Assembly: GCA_012295275.1 (NCBI GenBank)
Contig: CM022672.1
Location: 5,084,001-5,148,000, forward strand
From: Chrysomallon squamiferum
Taxonomy: Eukaryota; Animalia; Mollusca
Reading direction: 5' to 3'
Length of the DNA stretch: 64,000 nt
Shown: positions 13,399 to 28,735 of the stretch, piece by piece
How the letters are laid out: the number at the start of each line of letters is the position of its first letter
How positions within the stretch are numbered: position 1 is the stretch's first letter
Notes under the pieces: model-generated
The model's database searches: none
What the model was told of the DNA's origin: nothing
The model's input: the letters and a program-made list of their open reading frames with translations, nothing else
Made by a program: the position numbers and the translations under genes

Positions 13399-15056
13399 GG
13401 ATTTCCAGCAATTACAGTAAATTTAAAAGAAATACAAATTGAAATTTTCAATAAAACAACAACCTCAGCACATATAAATCAAACAAAACAGAATGCATAC
13501 ACATGTGAATTTCTTAATGAAATATACAATAAGATGTATGTTTAACAAAATAAACAATTAACATAATATTTAAATTATATGTACATATATAATAGTATGT
13601 AAATGCATATATGCACCAGCAAATGTGAAAATAATAGAAGCTAATTCTGCTTATTGTGTCAGGGTATGACTAGATAATGGCAAAAGACACTAATATAATG
13701 AACAGGTGTAATTATATTTGCTAATAAATGTGTGAATCCAGTATGAAAATGTTAGTTTAATGGTAGTCTCTGTGTGTTATTAAAACAAAAACCCCATCAC
13801 CAGTTTTTATCTACTTTTAAAATTAATATAATATAAATAATATAATAAGATAACAATATCATTAATCTAAATAATAACATTAATGGCCTTAATGTAAATA
13901 ATAATAAAATAATGTAATAATGGTATTGTTGTAAATAATTATAATGAAATAATAACAGCATTGATCTACATGATAATAAAATTACAATAACATTAATATA
14001 AGAAGAACAATAAGATTAAAATTAGTGAATAATTAAATAACAGTAGCATTAATATAAACCATTTGAAAATACACCAATATTAATGATGAAAAAGATGCCA
14101 TGCAATGATTTTATCTGATCTTTGCATAGAACACACCTCTGCTGTTTTATCATAAATGCATATATTAGCACTAACACTTGAAAACTCAACAAAATCATCA
14201 GACAGTTACAGTCAAATAAACAAAATAGGCTCTATGAAAAATAAAATAATTTGAAAAAAAAAAAAAAAAGAGGCAAATATGCTGATTCAGAAAGACTGTT
14301 GATCTGTACCCATCTGTATGGATTCTAAATGTTGCTACACTGGTTCACAACTTTTCGGTTCTTTGCATCTGTGTCAATACCAAAATCTATTTAAACCCTT
14401 TGCATATTCTGGTTAAAAAGCAAAGCTAACAAACTTCAAACTCAGCTGGTTCAATAATACATTGCTGTGTTACTTTGGTTAGATTACAAGCTTCTTCTGG
14501 CTAATAAAAGTAGATTACTATTTACATCTGCTTAACCCGTTTGCTGGTTTAAACATTTCCTGTAGTGTTTTATTTTTGTGGTTACAAAAATAAATAAATA
14601 TAATAAGTTACTTGCACTTACTGAGTACCTGGTTTTTGTTTTTGAGAAAATAATCAAATGGTTTTCAACACATCATCCTAAAAATGATTGGTTATTAATG
14701 GTTAATTACGTTTTGAATTAGATTTAGACATTGCAGCCTAGTGCATATATATAAAGATTCCATAGTGACTAAATTAAAATAATAATGAATATTTAAAAAT
14801 AGCAACTGACTGTGTCATTATAACAGTACAGAACTTTGGCTCCAACCAACAAATAAAATAAAAAAAGTATATATTAACTGTTATAACAACATGTATATCA
14901 CGTCACCACTTTAAAAATTCATATAAATATTTAACATTTATTAAAATTTTAAAAACAAAAAACAAAAAAACAAAAAAATAAAAACATAAAAGATTTAGAA
15001 TCACAGTTAAAGCACTTTGTGGCTCCATTTCGTGGATTAACGAAAATAATTCTCAA

Positions 15057-18000
15057 TTATTCTGATTTCTCACTGGAATCGTCATCGGGACTGTCGTTGT
15101 CCTCATCGTGGTGATGCGTCACTTTCTGTGGCAAGTCAGCCCGCAGGTGGGGGACATGTTTTTTGTTGCAGCAACTCATCTGGCGAGCTCGTTTGGTTGG
15201 TGATGACATCTTTGCCATCTCCTCCTGGCTCCTGGCCCTCGTGAAGTTCGGTGCAATTCCCGTCTCTACTGACCCAGTCTGGTGTGTCACTGTAGATTCG
15301 TGTGGCATCTGGGGAAACAAAACAGCACAGTTTAATGAACCAGTAAAAATCAGTGGTGAGTGTGTGTGCATTAGAACACATCACTTCAGTCCTGCAGGAT
15401 TATTCTTATTTCAGCAGACTAAATAAATAACTTTTTATGCAGACACTATGTTAAAAAAGAGTAAGGTAACATTTTCTTTTCTATACAATATATAAATTAA
15501 ATACTAATTTAAAGCTGGTATCTTTTTCAGACTGCAATGAAAGATATTTAACAAACACAAAAAAAAATAATAATAAATAAATATAAAATAAAAAAATATA
15601 TATATAAAAAAAAAAAAAAAAAACAGTAATAAAGTGATTATGATCTGTGTTGTTAGTGAAAATATTTCTTTCTTCTTTGTATGAAAAGATAGCAATCAAA
15701 ACACATATTCAGTGATCATTTTAAGGATTTTGTCTGGTTGGCTATAGCACATCCTTGTTTGTTTTTTGGGTTTTTACATTATTCTGCATTATTTTGAATA
15801 ACTTGGGAAACTTAATCATGCTTATTTACATACATATATATATATACCAGCATCCTCAAGACATACCAGCATCCTCAAGACATACAACAACAATAACATA
15901 CAACAACACACTGACATTAAAATGACCAGATAATATATATTCATAAAATGGGATCTACACCACACACATAGAAAGACTCTTACCAGAACAGGAGGAGCTC
16001 TGTACATGTAACAGAAAGGGTAGTGAAGCAGGTTGAGAAATGTTGATGAATAAACATCTGCATATCTCTGAACCTGTGCAGCAAAGAATGTCTGACGTGA
16101 CCCTGGAAATAACGACAAAATTCAAAGTATAAAAAAATATATATATATATATACAAATGCAAACAGGCATACATACAGATTGTTGTCTGTAATCTTAGTA
16201 ATAAACCACACATTTTATTGTATAAAAATACTTAAAATAGTCAAAACACTGACAAAAAATACAAATTAATGTTACTTTTACGTTGAACTCTAATCACTTG
16301 AAATTAAAATTAATCAAGGATACCTTATTAGTAGTATTTACATATTTCCAATTTCTGTTAATTATATGTCATATATTATAACAAAAATCCTAATCTTTCA
16401 ATTAAATTTAAAAACAATGATAAGAATTTAAAGGATATGTAAAGTAATGAAGATGAAATATGTACTGGTTCACAGAATAAAACTTACCACTTCTGAACAA
16501 ACTTCCTAGAATTCCATATGACATGTCAAGTTTGTGAACAACATCCTGCAAAATGTAGATTCAATCACAATTTAACTCACAGTGCTGTAGGATGTCATTT
16601 TATTGAAAAGTATTAATACAAGTCTACAAGGTTGTAATTCAGTTACAGTGTCATTATATTCTACATACTTCACACAAAATTCTATAAGAAAAACATTACT
16701 GCTCATAAGTAGAGTAGTTTAAATGATTTAAAATTAATAATATTTTACTTCACATTAGCTTTTTTTTCACAATACCATATCTTTAGTTTTTATACATATT
16801 AAACAGAATAATTGTAAAAATAAATAAAACAATTTACCCTCAGTGATTGTTGTATGGTGGTTATATCTGGTTTTTCATCTGTACTACTGTCAAGGTTTCT
16901 GTGAAAAACAACATGGAACATATGATGTTAAAGATATTCACTGCCTTAAAAATTTAAAAATAATAAATGTTAAAGCCACCCCAACACAAAAATACTGAAG
17001 GAATTAATTTGCAATATATCTTAACAAACCAGTTCTAAACTGTTTAAGAATAACTCTGTTGTTAGTTATAATGTAAAACATATTTTTTCTTTTATCTAAT
17101 TCTACAAAATTGTCAATTCTTGATGAAATAACACCTTTCTTAAGATAATATTTTTAAATTAAAAAAAGAACTTGATTTTTATTTTTGCTATTACTCCAGT
17201 GCTTATCTAACACTGGTTGACAATTCAAAATTTAAAAAGTACTGAAAATCAACTCTTTTTGGACTTGTATAATTATGTACACATATATTTAATTTAAAAT
17301 AAAATAAAAGGTTTATAAAAAAAAAAGGTTCATTAAATATAAACCCTGCATACTGTTTAAGATCTCTGTTTAAGAAATGTGTTATTACTTGTAGATAGCA
17401 GCTAACACCACTTCCAGGTTTTCAATCTGATGATACAGCTGACTTTTGTCGGTCCACACAATCAGCTCCTCTGTAAGCTCTGGAATGACCAGGAAAGTTC
17501 GCCATCCCCTTTTCTTTTTGGATTTGAGAATATCTCCAAAAATATGATCACCAACGTAGAGAACATCTTTCCCTTTGGCCCCGATCAGATTAGAAAGAAC
17601 ATCACTGGATCCTAAAAATGGCAAACACAAGAATCCATTTTGTAAAAACAAATTAAACAAGCCTGTATTTATTTCTTCTAATGTAGCTGCTTTAAGATGT
17701 TGAAACTTTTAACCTCAGATTCACAGAAGAGACGTACTTTTCTGATTCAAATGGGATACTTTTAAAGTTTAGTGAATAAAAATGCATATTTCAAAACAGA
17801 GATCAAGAGTGGTAACTTTTTACAGTTATGGTGAATTTTACTGTATCATGCCACAGACAAATGAAAAATGTGTTACCTCCTGAATACACATGTCCTTGTT
17901 TCAAATCTCCTTGATGATCTCCCAGCTTCAAAGATCCTGTTTGCTGTAAGTTAAAAATAAAATCTCACTTAAATAAAGGCAATCAAATAAAAATGAAAAA

Positions 18001-18719
18001 AAAAAAAAAAAGTATTTTCCAAAAATCAGTTTAAATTTAAAAAAAGAAAAGGTGATTACCTATAAAAATAAGTAAAAGTTTGTTACAGTTTAAAAAAACA
18101 ACAACTATATTATAAATGACTAGCCTGTAAGTATTCATTTTCATAAACAGTTACTCAGTTATGGTTGCATTAAAATGAAAAGTCAGGAAGAAATAGTAAA
18201 TATAATTAAAAGCAGGATACTTAACAAGCAATAAATAAGCCTTGGTTCTGAATACAATGTGTAAAGTTTTATTAATTTAATTTAAATTACATTTGTATTA
18301 TTATTTTTTTGTTTGATTAATATCTCACCCTGTCAACTTGTCTCAGTGTTGTCCCATCTCCAAAGAACAATGGTTTCTGAGCATCAACAACAATGTGGTC
18401 AAAGTAGTTAGTCCAGTCTCTCTTCTCATCACTCTGAAACAGTTTAGTGATAATTAGTTACACGCAAACATCAAAGTAAGTGTTAAAAAACCTGTCATAC
18501 CATTCACAATAAATTTTTATGGAATAAAAAAGGTATTGTGATATTTAATGACATTTTTAATCTATAATAAAAGAGGAAATCTACTGATACATATGTTTTG
18601 GATCTGCATCTAAAAAAAAAAAAAAAAAAAAAACAAGTTTTCTTATAATATATTTATGGAAAATTCATTAATTAAAAATAAATATTATTTTATTTGGCAT
18701 TTAAATTTTTAAATTATTT

Positions 18720-18755
<36 letters not shown>

Positions 18756-21700
18756 GTATTTGGTATTAAAATCTTATGTTAATAAAACATTTACCTTTGA
18801 AGGGTAGTCAACTAAATAGGACATGATTTTCTGTAAGAAAATATAATGAGAAACAATATTAAACAGTTTATAAAATTACACAGCAAAATTCTGTCTGTTA
18901 GAGATTTGTAGCTTTAATATGTAATGCATTATAAATGAGAAATATGATTTCCTGAAATATCTGTATACATCTTACTGCAACATTCCCTCTAATTTTTTCA
19001 AAATCACTGAGTGGAACTTTTGATACTTTGAGCTTAAAAAAAAAATAAAAAAAAATAAAAATAAAAATAAAAACAAAAATAAAAATAACAGAAATATTAT
19101 GGCCAAAACAATAACATTTTGTAAATCAAAATGAGAAGCAACATTTTGACATTCACAGCACTAACACAGCCTCACTGCTTCGACGGAACATTGCTGCAAA
19201 CACCATTACAGGTTTTGTAATCATAGTCTTATTTTATTATTAGCAAACAATCAAAACATTAACTAAAGTATGCAACATGTGTGTATGAATATTACTAAAT
19301 ATATACTTTAATTAACTATTTACACTTACGTCAGTGTACAGATAGTCACTGTTTGTTATCAAAACTGTCTTTCCTCCATGATTTCTGATTCTGAAACATT
19401 TTAAAAAGAAACTTTTTAAAAAAGTCAGAAAAGTTTATATGAAGCATTCAATACAGATTATCTGTAAAAAGAATGCGTCAGGCTATGTTTTTAATCCGGG
19501 GAGCATTCAATATAAATTTCCTTTTTACATTCTGTTATTAGAGAAATATGACAGCAGCATGTAAAAATAGATCTAGAGTTAAAAAAAGTAAGTCTAAAAA
19601 AAAAACTTTTAAATATAATTTTTTTTTATTATTGATATATATTATTATATATATATAAAAAAAGTTTTTAAGGTTGTTAGCAAGAATAACATATATTCTC
19701 ACTTATCAAAATAGCATATGCAAAACACTGACTAATTTTTAAATCACTGAGATCTGTAATTTCTTAGTCAAGATAGCACTACTACCTGCATTTTCTTTTT
19801 TCATATTTATTTCATGCAAAATAATAATAATCATAATAATAATAATAATAATAATAACAAAAATAATAACAATAGTAATAAGTTAAGAAAAATAAATCAA
19901 TAAAAAAATAAATTTATACAAATTAGGTAGGATTTTAAATTTTGTTTTGATTTTTGTTTTTTTTTGTCTAAGATTACTTAATATGAATGAATACCTATAA
20001 ACATTTGGCGATAAGATCAAAGTCCAAACTTGCATGAGCAAGGCTGTAATTCATATAACCCCTGGAACAAATATAAAGACAAAACAGCCAGTCAATTACA
20101 TACAAGCCAAATTAAAATATCATTACAGCATTTGTGCATGTGCACACCCAGAGACACAAGTAAATACGCAAACATACCGGTCAAGCAGCAGAGGAAGTCT
20201 TTCATCTTTGTGAACATATTTTTCTAGATTGTTTACTGTTTCGTTCTTCAAGGCACCCTAGATACAAATGATTTTAATGAAAAAAAAACAAAAAGATAAA
20301 TTATTTAAATTAACAATACTGATATTTTAAATTAACAGTAAGTATTTTTAATCTAATACAGGACAAAACATTTAAAAAAATAATTCTAGCATAATATTCA
20401 TCTCATGATTTATTTCAAGTAGCAATTATCTTAATCATTTCTATATTTAATATGAAATTATAGAACTAAAACTAAACTGAAAACCAGATATAATCAAAAC
20501 AAATAATTATAAATATTTAAACATATGAATGTTACATCTGGCTTAAACACATTTCACTAAAATTAGGTGTGGATTTATTTTTTAAAAAACAACAACAGAA
20601 AAACATTTCATAGACAAATTTAAATTAAAACAGACAAGCTTTGTTTTGTTTTTAAGTAATGAAACGCCATACATGGAAATGAAGCCAGTCAACAGCAGAT
20701 CTCACATCTTGAAAGATAGATTTGAAAGACATGTACAAGTCCCCACAACGAACTCCCTCCTTCTCACTGAAAGCAAAATAATCAAAACATTAATCTTTTA
20801 TTAACTTGAAACACTATCTAAAACATTCAACCTGTACAAGTCATAATGACACACCTTTTCAGTTCTTTTAGAAAGTCAAATTAATGTTGACAGAAGATAC
20901 AATATATTTATGAAAATACTGACTGAATATACAAAAACAAAATAGTAAATTCTAAGATGTAACTGAAGCTCATTTCAGTCACGTATCCAACTACATTTTG
21001 TTTTATAATTATAGTGGAGATTTTTTAACTCAATGTCTACAGGAGTATTATGATTTTAAAGAAAGAAGTTTCGATTTTGTGATTGATATGTTAGGTGTAA
21101 ACATTTTTAAAAAAAAAAAAAAAAAAAAAATGTGTTAATAAAAAAAAATAAAAAAAAAAAAAAAAAAGAAGAAGATTTAAAAGACAAAAGAATTAAAACA
21201 AAATAATAAATGAGAGATGACTGAGGAAGTAGTATGATTAAAATAAACAAAATTACCTTTGGTAGAATTTAGAAGATGTGAAGTAATCAATAATGCATGC
21301 TAGCATGTAGGTTTCTGCAGAGAAAAGAAATACAGATTTAAATATTTACCAAAATCAGTAATAAAGAAAAAAAACATGGTTTCCCCATATAGGCAATAAT
21401 CATCTTTTTTCACACTTTATTAACATTTACCAAAACTAGGCATTGGTTTTAAGTTAAAAGTGTTCTGAGTACATTTATTTATAGACAATTTGCAAAATGA
21501 TTACATTATTAATGTCTATGTCTTAACAGTTACTTTGAATACTGAGATGACTGAAATAATTTTGTAAAATAATTTCATGACAATGATTTAAATAAAATGT
21601 TAAACCTGGTAGATTGAACAAAGTGTTCAGAATGTACATCCTGCTGTCATCTAATGCAAGAAACTTGCTTGGATACAGTTCATTGATCTCATGTCTGAAA

Positions 21701-22093
21701 CAACACAAAAAATAAATAAATAAATAAATAAAAATTTAAAAAGTTAAAATCACTCCATGAACATAGACAATATTTAAAAATTAAAAATAGCAATTATTTA
21801 ATTTTAATTTAATTTAATTTAATTTTATTTTATTTTATTTTATTTTATTTTATTTTATTTTATTTTATTTTATTTTATTTTAAAAGTAGAATATTATTAA
21901 ACTAATTTCAAGTATGAAAAATTTTTGTCATCTATTTTATACTTCTTAGATGAATGAAATCCATTTCCAAAAATGCACTTACGGTTTCAGAAACCTGAAT
22001 CCATGAACACAAACCAGAATGTTGCCATAGGCATCCATCTTCAACAAATTGCCAAAAGTTTTATCAAACCACAGACCTCTAGAATATATGTTA

Positions 22094-22146
<53 letters not shown>

Positions 22147-25100
22147 TAATAATAATAATAATTATAATAATAATGTACATGTATTTAAAGATGCACCTCC
22201 AAATTTTTTAACTGTTTAATGGATGACTAATTGATACTATTTCATTTTCTTCAGTATATATACACATTGTTATAAATACACTTTTTGAAAAATAATAGTA
22301 GTAATAACAAAAAAAGAATAAAAATAAAAATGTAATAATCATAAATACAAAAAACACATGTTCATAAAATAAAAAATAATAAAAACAAAAGATCAGAGTT
22401 TATCCAAATAAAATTATATAATAACATAAGTAATTAATGTATAAAATAATACTAAAACAAAATTTGAAATTTTTAATGGAAAATAATTTCAACACTAAGA
22501 AGTAAAATGTATACATGAGCACTTTTTCATTTAAGCAAGATACTAGAAAGAAGTAATCCAATGATATGGAAAAGTATTATTAACATTAAAGTCTAAAAAA
22601 AAAAAAAAAAAAAAATTAAAAATGACTATTGGTCAACATATTTTTCAAATTATATTACATTGATTATCTAAAATTATTTATTTGGATTATATATATGTAT
22701 TTTTTGTATTATTACTATCTTTATTTTTAAATGTCATACAGGTTCATTTTGAAAAAATAAAGCCAGTTTCTGCAGCTGTCATTGAACAATAATTATCTTC
22801 ATTATGTAAGTAAGTATCACTATTCATTTTAGTAAAAAAAAAATAATTTAATACAGATTTTGTGAAGGTTATAAGAAATATATACGGATTTTAAAGCACT
22901 GAATAATACACAGAATAGTTGTTTTGTAAAGTAGACAGAAATTAAAATATGCAATTAATAAGTACAGGAAATGAAATGATATACATATACAGAAATATGA
23001 GATAACAATTTATTTATTTATATACATACATACACTGATTAGTGTACATATGTCTATATGTATATAGATACACATATAAATATACATTAGTTTAATTAAG
23101 TAGTTCTGAAACTACCAGAAACAGGCTTTTAATTTAAATGAACCAGTGACAGAAACAGTGCTATCAAAAAGGTTATTCCTAGTCACCAGTATGTACATAC
23201 ACCGATCAAGACCAGTTTTCTCTCACTGGTACTGTGTTGTCAGGTCACTACACACGATGGGTGTGGTGTCTCCATGAGCCCACTTGTTAAGAACTGCCCT
23301 GGCATACACAGAAAGCAAGTTGCAGAGATATATGATTACGGCTCAATGAGCACAGCCAAATATTTTTTTAATGATTTTGTTAAATAGTTTTTTCCCTTAA
23401 TAATACTGACGTACACTGTCACATTCTGCATTTTAATGCTTCTAAATGTAATGACTATATACATCTTGATTAACAGTGTTTATTTATTTATTTGTTTTTA
23501 TATACATGTATTATTCTTTTTAAATAAATATATAATATTATTATCTAATTCTTGTATCTCACTAAAAATAAGTTATAATTTAACAAGAAAATAGTTTAAC
23601 AAGAAAATAGTTACCAAGTTAAAGAGAATGGTATGAATAACACTAGTAATATATAATTATATAATGTGTCATAGACCTCACAGTAAATATATAAATATAT
23701 AAATGCAATAAAAGTGAATTGATTATGTCTTAACATACTAGTAAATAAAAGGAGAAGACAACATACTTCAAACTCTAGTAGATTTGGTAATCCTGAATTA
23801 TACACAATAGATCATTCCACTTTTTACAATTAATGAGACAAAAAGAAAAGAAAAAAAGGAACTCCATTTTAAATTATATTGTAAAGTTATTGCTGTAAAA
23901 TATTTAATATTATCTTCTATACATCAAAAATATATTACTTCCTATTATAAACATACTTTAGTGTTTACAGAGAACAAAATGGTTTTCTTCTGTTCTCTAT
24001 TATACTGTGTAAAATAATATCCAGGAAAAAAAATATATATGTATAATTTTAATGTTCTATGAATACATAACATACAGCATGAGTAACCATGTAAAGGTGA
24101 ATCCTAATACACTATTGACACTTAATCTATCATACCATTATTTACTTTGTGCTTAATGATAGTTTTGAATTACTCAGTGTTATATAACACAATGTCAATG
24201 ATCTCTAAATCTTCTCAAGTTAAATAATAATCTGTACATATTGACATAAATAATATCAACACACAGGGAATTTTAAACTTTACTTGCATGTTGTTCAAAA
24301 TGTAGATTTGTTGATTAATAGTTTTAGCGTTTTATTTTACTTTCTCAAGCTATTTTTTTTTAATGATATACAGTTTTAGGAGTCTATTTTTTACTATTCA
24401 AGCGATTTTGTTTTTGTAATACAGATTTGTATTTTTTTTTTATTTTACTTATTCAAGTAATTTTCCTTTATATGAGATGTTTTAGTTTGCAATACAGAAT
24501 TTGGGGAATTTTAATTTTACAAGCAATTTTGTGATATGTAAATGTATTATTACTTGATATATTAAAGCTTTTAGTTTTTGTTTCAAATTTTATTTCTAAA
24601 AATTATACTTTTTAAACAAAATAATTATTTTAATAACAGTATCACATAAACTTTTTACATGTATCTGTATTTTAATTGTAACTGGTTTTTGTATCTATGA
24701 AAGGCCATCATTAATTTGTAAATGTAAAAAAGTTTTAGAAACATTTAGCTTAGAATTATCAGTAAAGAGAAATATTAGCAGCATTTTATTTTTTTTAAAT
24801 TTGTCAAGTATATGAGAAATGTTGTCAGACTGGTCAAGCAAATACTGTCTGAAACGTGATATAACCAAACAGTAGAAAATATTTCAGGTACAAGACCTTG
24901 CAGTTTAAAGCAAATATTTATTTCTAAGAGATATCTATCTGTACCTGACAAACATCAGGTGAAATTTTTTTTTTTTTTTTTTTTTTACACAGCAAACACA
25001 AATAACATAATACTAAATGCAAAAAGCATATAACTAATTTTGTGAGCCCACGTAATTTCTGACTTCAACATTCTAAGATAAGGTGAATCAGCTAGCTTGC

Positions 25101-26471
25101 AGATGACGTCATTATTTACTGAAGTGGGTGTGTGAACAGTCCATATATAAAGAAAGGTCACATAACTTGTTTAAAATTAGATTACTGTACTTTAAGAACA
25201 GGAGCCGTGCCTGCGTGGTTTGATCATCACAAGAACTGTTATGTGCACTCACACAATACGAACTTTATCACCAACTTACTGGCTGATGCAATATGGGAAA
25301 CAGCACAATTATTTTAATTATGCTCTTACATATCATGAAAGAACAATAATAATAACTCATATGTTGAACATACCTTTAAAGATATTTTTCATAGAAACAT
25401 AAAACTTAAAAAGAAGGTAATTGAAAGGATTTATGTAAAATTAAGGTTAATATTTATTAAAAATGTTTTAAAAACAATATTAATAATGAAAATTATTGTA
25501 ATAATATTTAATACCGACCTCACAGGAAAAGAAGGGTCATACTCAAATTCACGAATATCTGCAGGGTAACCAACATCAACAAGTCGTTGTTTCAGCAAGT
25601 TAAAACTCATTGATTCATACTGTGGAGACTTATACACTGAAAATAACACAACAAATACAGATATAATTAGAATATATGTGTACATTTTAACATTAAAAAA
25701 ACAACAGAATATCAAAACATTAGTAATGTGTAAGCAAGATAAAAGTATATATTTATAATAAACAGATTTTTGAAAAAAATTATTATTATTTGTTTTTATT
25801 ATACACCTAATAAGTAAAAAAAAGTAATTTCCCTTCTAAAAATGTAAAATGTTTGGGGGTTTTTGTGAAAGAGTCAAACATCTTTTACCTGCCAAAGTGT
25901 AATCCATATCAAAACCATAGAATTTTATTTTTTCGAGATGAAGACTTCTGTTTACAAAAATCCTAAAATCAGAAGACAAAAAATAATATAAATTTAAAAA
26001 AAAAAAAATGTAAAAATAAACAAATAACTTCAGTCAAGAAATATCTATGTATTTACAAATAAAAAATGTTTTAACATATAATAAACACTGTTTATTAAAG
26101 CATCTTGTATCTTATTCAGTAATACATTTTTATTAAGATTAATTCTACAAGAAACATTCATCATGGAAATAAAAATTTTAAAATAATTACATTATGAGAA
26201 AGTATAAATAAATTTCACACAATACTGAACTGTCTTTGAAAGCTGTAACCTTTATTTAGTACAATTATGGGTGTGGTTTCCTTTTAACTTAAGGATAGGT
26301 GCCGAGTCACACAATCATAATACTGTACCTATGATGAGGTTCTCTTTTGTAAATATATGAAGGTGTAACAGTGATATCTGTTTTAACCGGTCCATTGCTT
26401 ATGGCTACGAGATCAGAACCTCTGGTGTTCATCGATGTATCCATTCCATCAGCAGTTACAATTTCCGACAT
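15057..26471 (-). CDS. NT5C2: Cytosolic purine 5'-nucleotidase (cN-II, HAD superfamily), 17 coding exons, ~577 aa
   Basis: Hand-spliced exons (minus strand): 26471-26329, 25962-25889, 25636-25519, 22078-21983, 21694-21606, 21314-21257, 20766-20673, 20257-20178, 19390-19330, 18830-18795, 18433-18329, 17943-17877, 17611-17389, 16898-16838, 16545-16488, 16102-15984, 15308-15057. All introns are GT-AG with consistent phases; total 1734 nt. Translation contains the cN-II hallmarks [21 protein letters not shown] (HAD motif I), [75 protein letters not shown] and the acidic HHDED tail. Confidence 0.97.
21800..21881. repeat. (TTTAA)n/(TTTTA)n pentanucleotide microsatellite
   Basis: Directly visible in an NT5C2 intron. 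Confidence 0.95.
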
Positions 26472-27155
26472 TATGTTTAATGTTATTCAGCAGTAAAATG
26501 TACCTTTAATCTGTAGAATAAATAATATAAAATAATCCAAATTATTAAGACAAATACTTTACACAAGTATTTTTGGTCAAATCTTTATTTTATAGTTTCT
26601 TAAGTCAGCACTTGTCATAATATACTGTAAATAAAATTAAATGGCATGAATCAAACTTAGATAATAACCTGGCCTTTTTTGTTGTTGTTATTGTTTTCTT
26701 TGCCCTTACATCAGGCCACAGCAATTTTGTTTGACAGCACAAATATCCATTTTAACATAAACAGCTATCCTGGCTGACATTTTCTTGTCTTAATTTTATT
26801 TACCTTTATTAGAAATTAAATGTAGGCTGCCTAAGCCTATATTGTTCCCTTTTTTCTTCTGACACTGAGTCTAATGTAAATAAATACATAATAATACAAA
26901 TGAACTAGTTCATTTAGAATGTATCATCAGATTAACTGATTTTGTTTTTAATATTTAGGCTAGCTATTTTAAGTATTTAGCAGGCGCAATAAAGAATATT
27001 TTGTTCACCTTCTTTCAATACTTTTATTCACAAATCAAAAATGGTTGCGATATCATACAGCGTAACTCGAACAGTCAAATAAAAATCATCTTTACCACGT
27101 ATAGATACGAAGTCTTCACCATAACTGAAAAAAAAACAATAGTAAGTCAACTTAC

Positions 27156-27240
27156 TGACTGCAAATTCGGATCAATTCGTCTGTTTACATTCGCCTTAGT
27201 GTCAGAAATGAATCTATAAAACAGCTGATCAATGTCATCG
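27156..27240 (-). other. Probable non-coding first exon / promoter-proximal region of NT5C2 (upstream boundary approximate)
   Basis: The ATG exon has an upstream acceptor (TTCTACAG, exon begins at 26510), so a 5'UTR exon is required. A consensus donor CA|GTAAGT lies at 27155 on the minus strand in a locally CpG-richer stretch. Confidence 0.45.
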
Positions 27241-28507
27241 CGCTGTAATTTCTTTGGAAAAATTAAATTAATTTATAATGTATACATTTTATAGATTCTA
27301 AAGTTGCTTTATATCTTATATAAATCAGACTTGCTTTATATTCCTATATCTACATTACATTAAACGGTTACACATATTAAACATGAGACCTACATTAGAG
27401 TGCGCAACTGTTTTAAACAAATGAGTGAATTTCCTACATCCTAGACTGTTCCTTGGCGGTTAACATCATCAGATATTCTTAGTGAAACAGTTAAGTAAAG
27501 CATAATAAATTCTGTCAATGTTTAGCGATTAAAAGTGTTTCGTTTTCTATTTATTTATTTCTATATTCTAAACTGTCTGCAAACAATTATTCAGTCAAAA
27601 TTAATAATGTCAAAATTTAGTTAATAACTTTATTTCATTACAGAGTTGTATTATTTTTTTCTTTGTAAAATAATAATAATAATAATAATAATAATATGAC
27701 ACAATTGTTGGCCACGTCTGTAAGCGATGAATGGCATAAATATAATTGTTGCTGGTGCTGATCAATTCATGATATTTGGCTTCAGCATGACTTCATATTT
27801 TCTTATTAAAGGTTCATGTTCTTTTTTACAAGTTACTTGACTCACAGTTTTTAAACTGGATTCAACGGTCGGATGATAATGATGATGATGATACAAAATA
27901 ATAAATTTTCAAAACATTTGTTATAGACTTAGTCTTTACTCAGTTATGGTCACATATTGAAAAATAATGGCTAGGGTATTTTATTCCGACTGGTTAACAC
28001 ACCGTCTAAAAAGTGAGACCCAAAGACGTGATGAAATTATTAAAATTAGTAGCAATTTTCTTATTTAATTATTTGTTTGTTTACCTATTTAATCTAAAGC
28101 TGAGAATATACTAAATATTATAAGCAACACAGCAGTTTAATAAATAAAACTGTCCAAAATACAACGACAAGCATTTAACAACAAAATATGTAGGTTATGT
28201 AAACATCGGTTTAAGCCAGTCAAATGTTGAGATTCCGTATACCTGATCGATCGCTACCAGGTCAACATTTTTGGGATGATTTGAAGCAGGTTCTCATCAT
28301 TAGATTTCTCTCAAACTGCATCACACTCCAAACTGAATATGTATATTTTCTTAAGATCACGGGGTTGCGGATTATTTTGAAATAGAGGTATTTCACCCAC
28401 GCATGTGCCCATATGCTGGATAATTCGAGGACGCAAATCGCGAGGTCTCGCCAAAACAGCCCTACTTGTAAACTGGGGTGGAGGGGGGCAAAAACAATCT
28501 TGCTGTA

Positions 28508-28735
28508 ATGGGAGGCCATGACCACTGTTCAGTTATTAACTGTTACAATAGCAGAAGTCCGGGAAATTCGTTATCTTTCCATCGATATCCAGCCAATACA
28601 TATCGGAAACGTTTGAGGATAATCCCGTCACATAGAAATGAAATAGATTTTAATGTTACTGCAGTCTATCTGTACATGTTTCTCCTTCGGGTATATTGTT
28701 ATATTGTCCGGTCCTTGTGCCACATCGTCCTCTAA
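28508..28735 (+). pseudogene. Decayed THAP zinc-finger N-terminus of a transposase
   Basis: MGGHDHCSVINCYNSRSPGNSLSFHRYPANTYRKRLRIIPSHRNEIDFNVT matches the THAP pattern C-x3-4-C...SFHRFP...R..W...I.R...F. The conserved Trp and the C-x2-HF end are degenerate, and no DDE domain follows. Confidence 0.7.
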
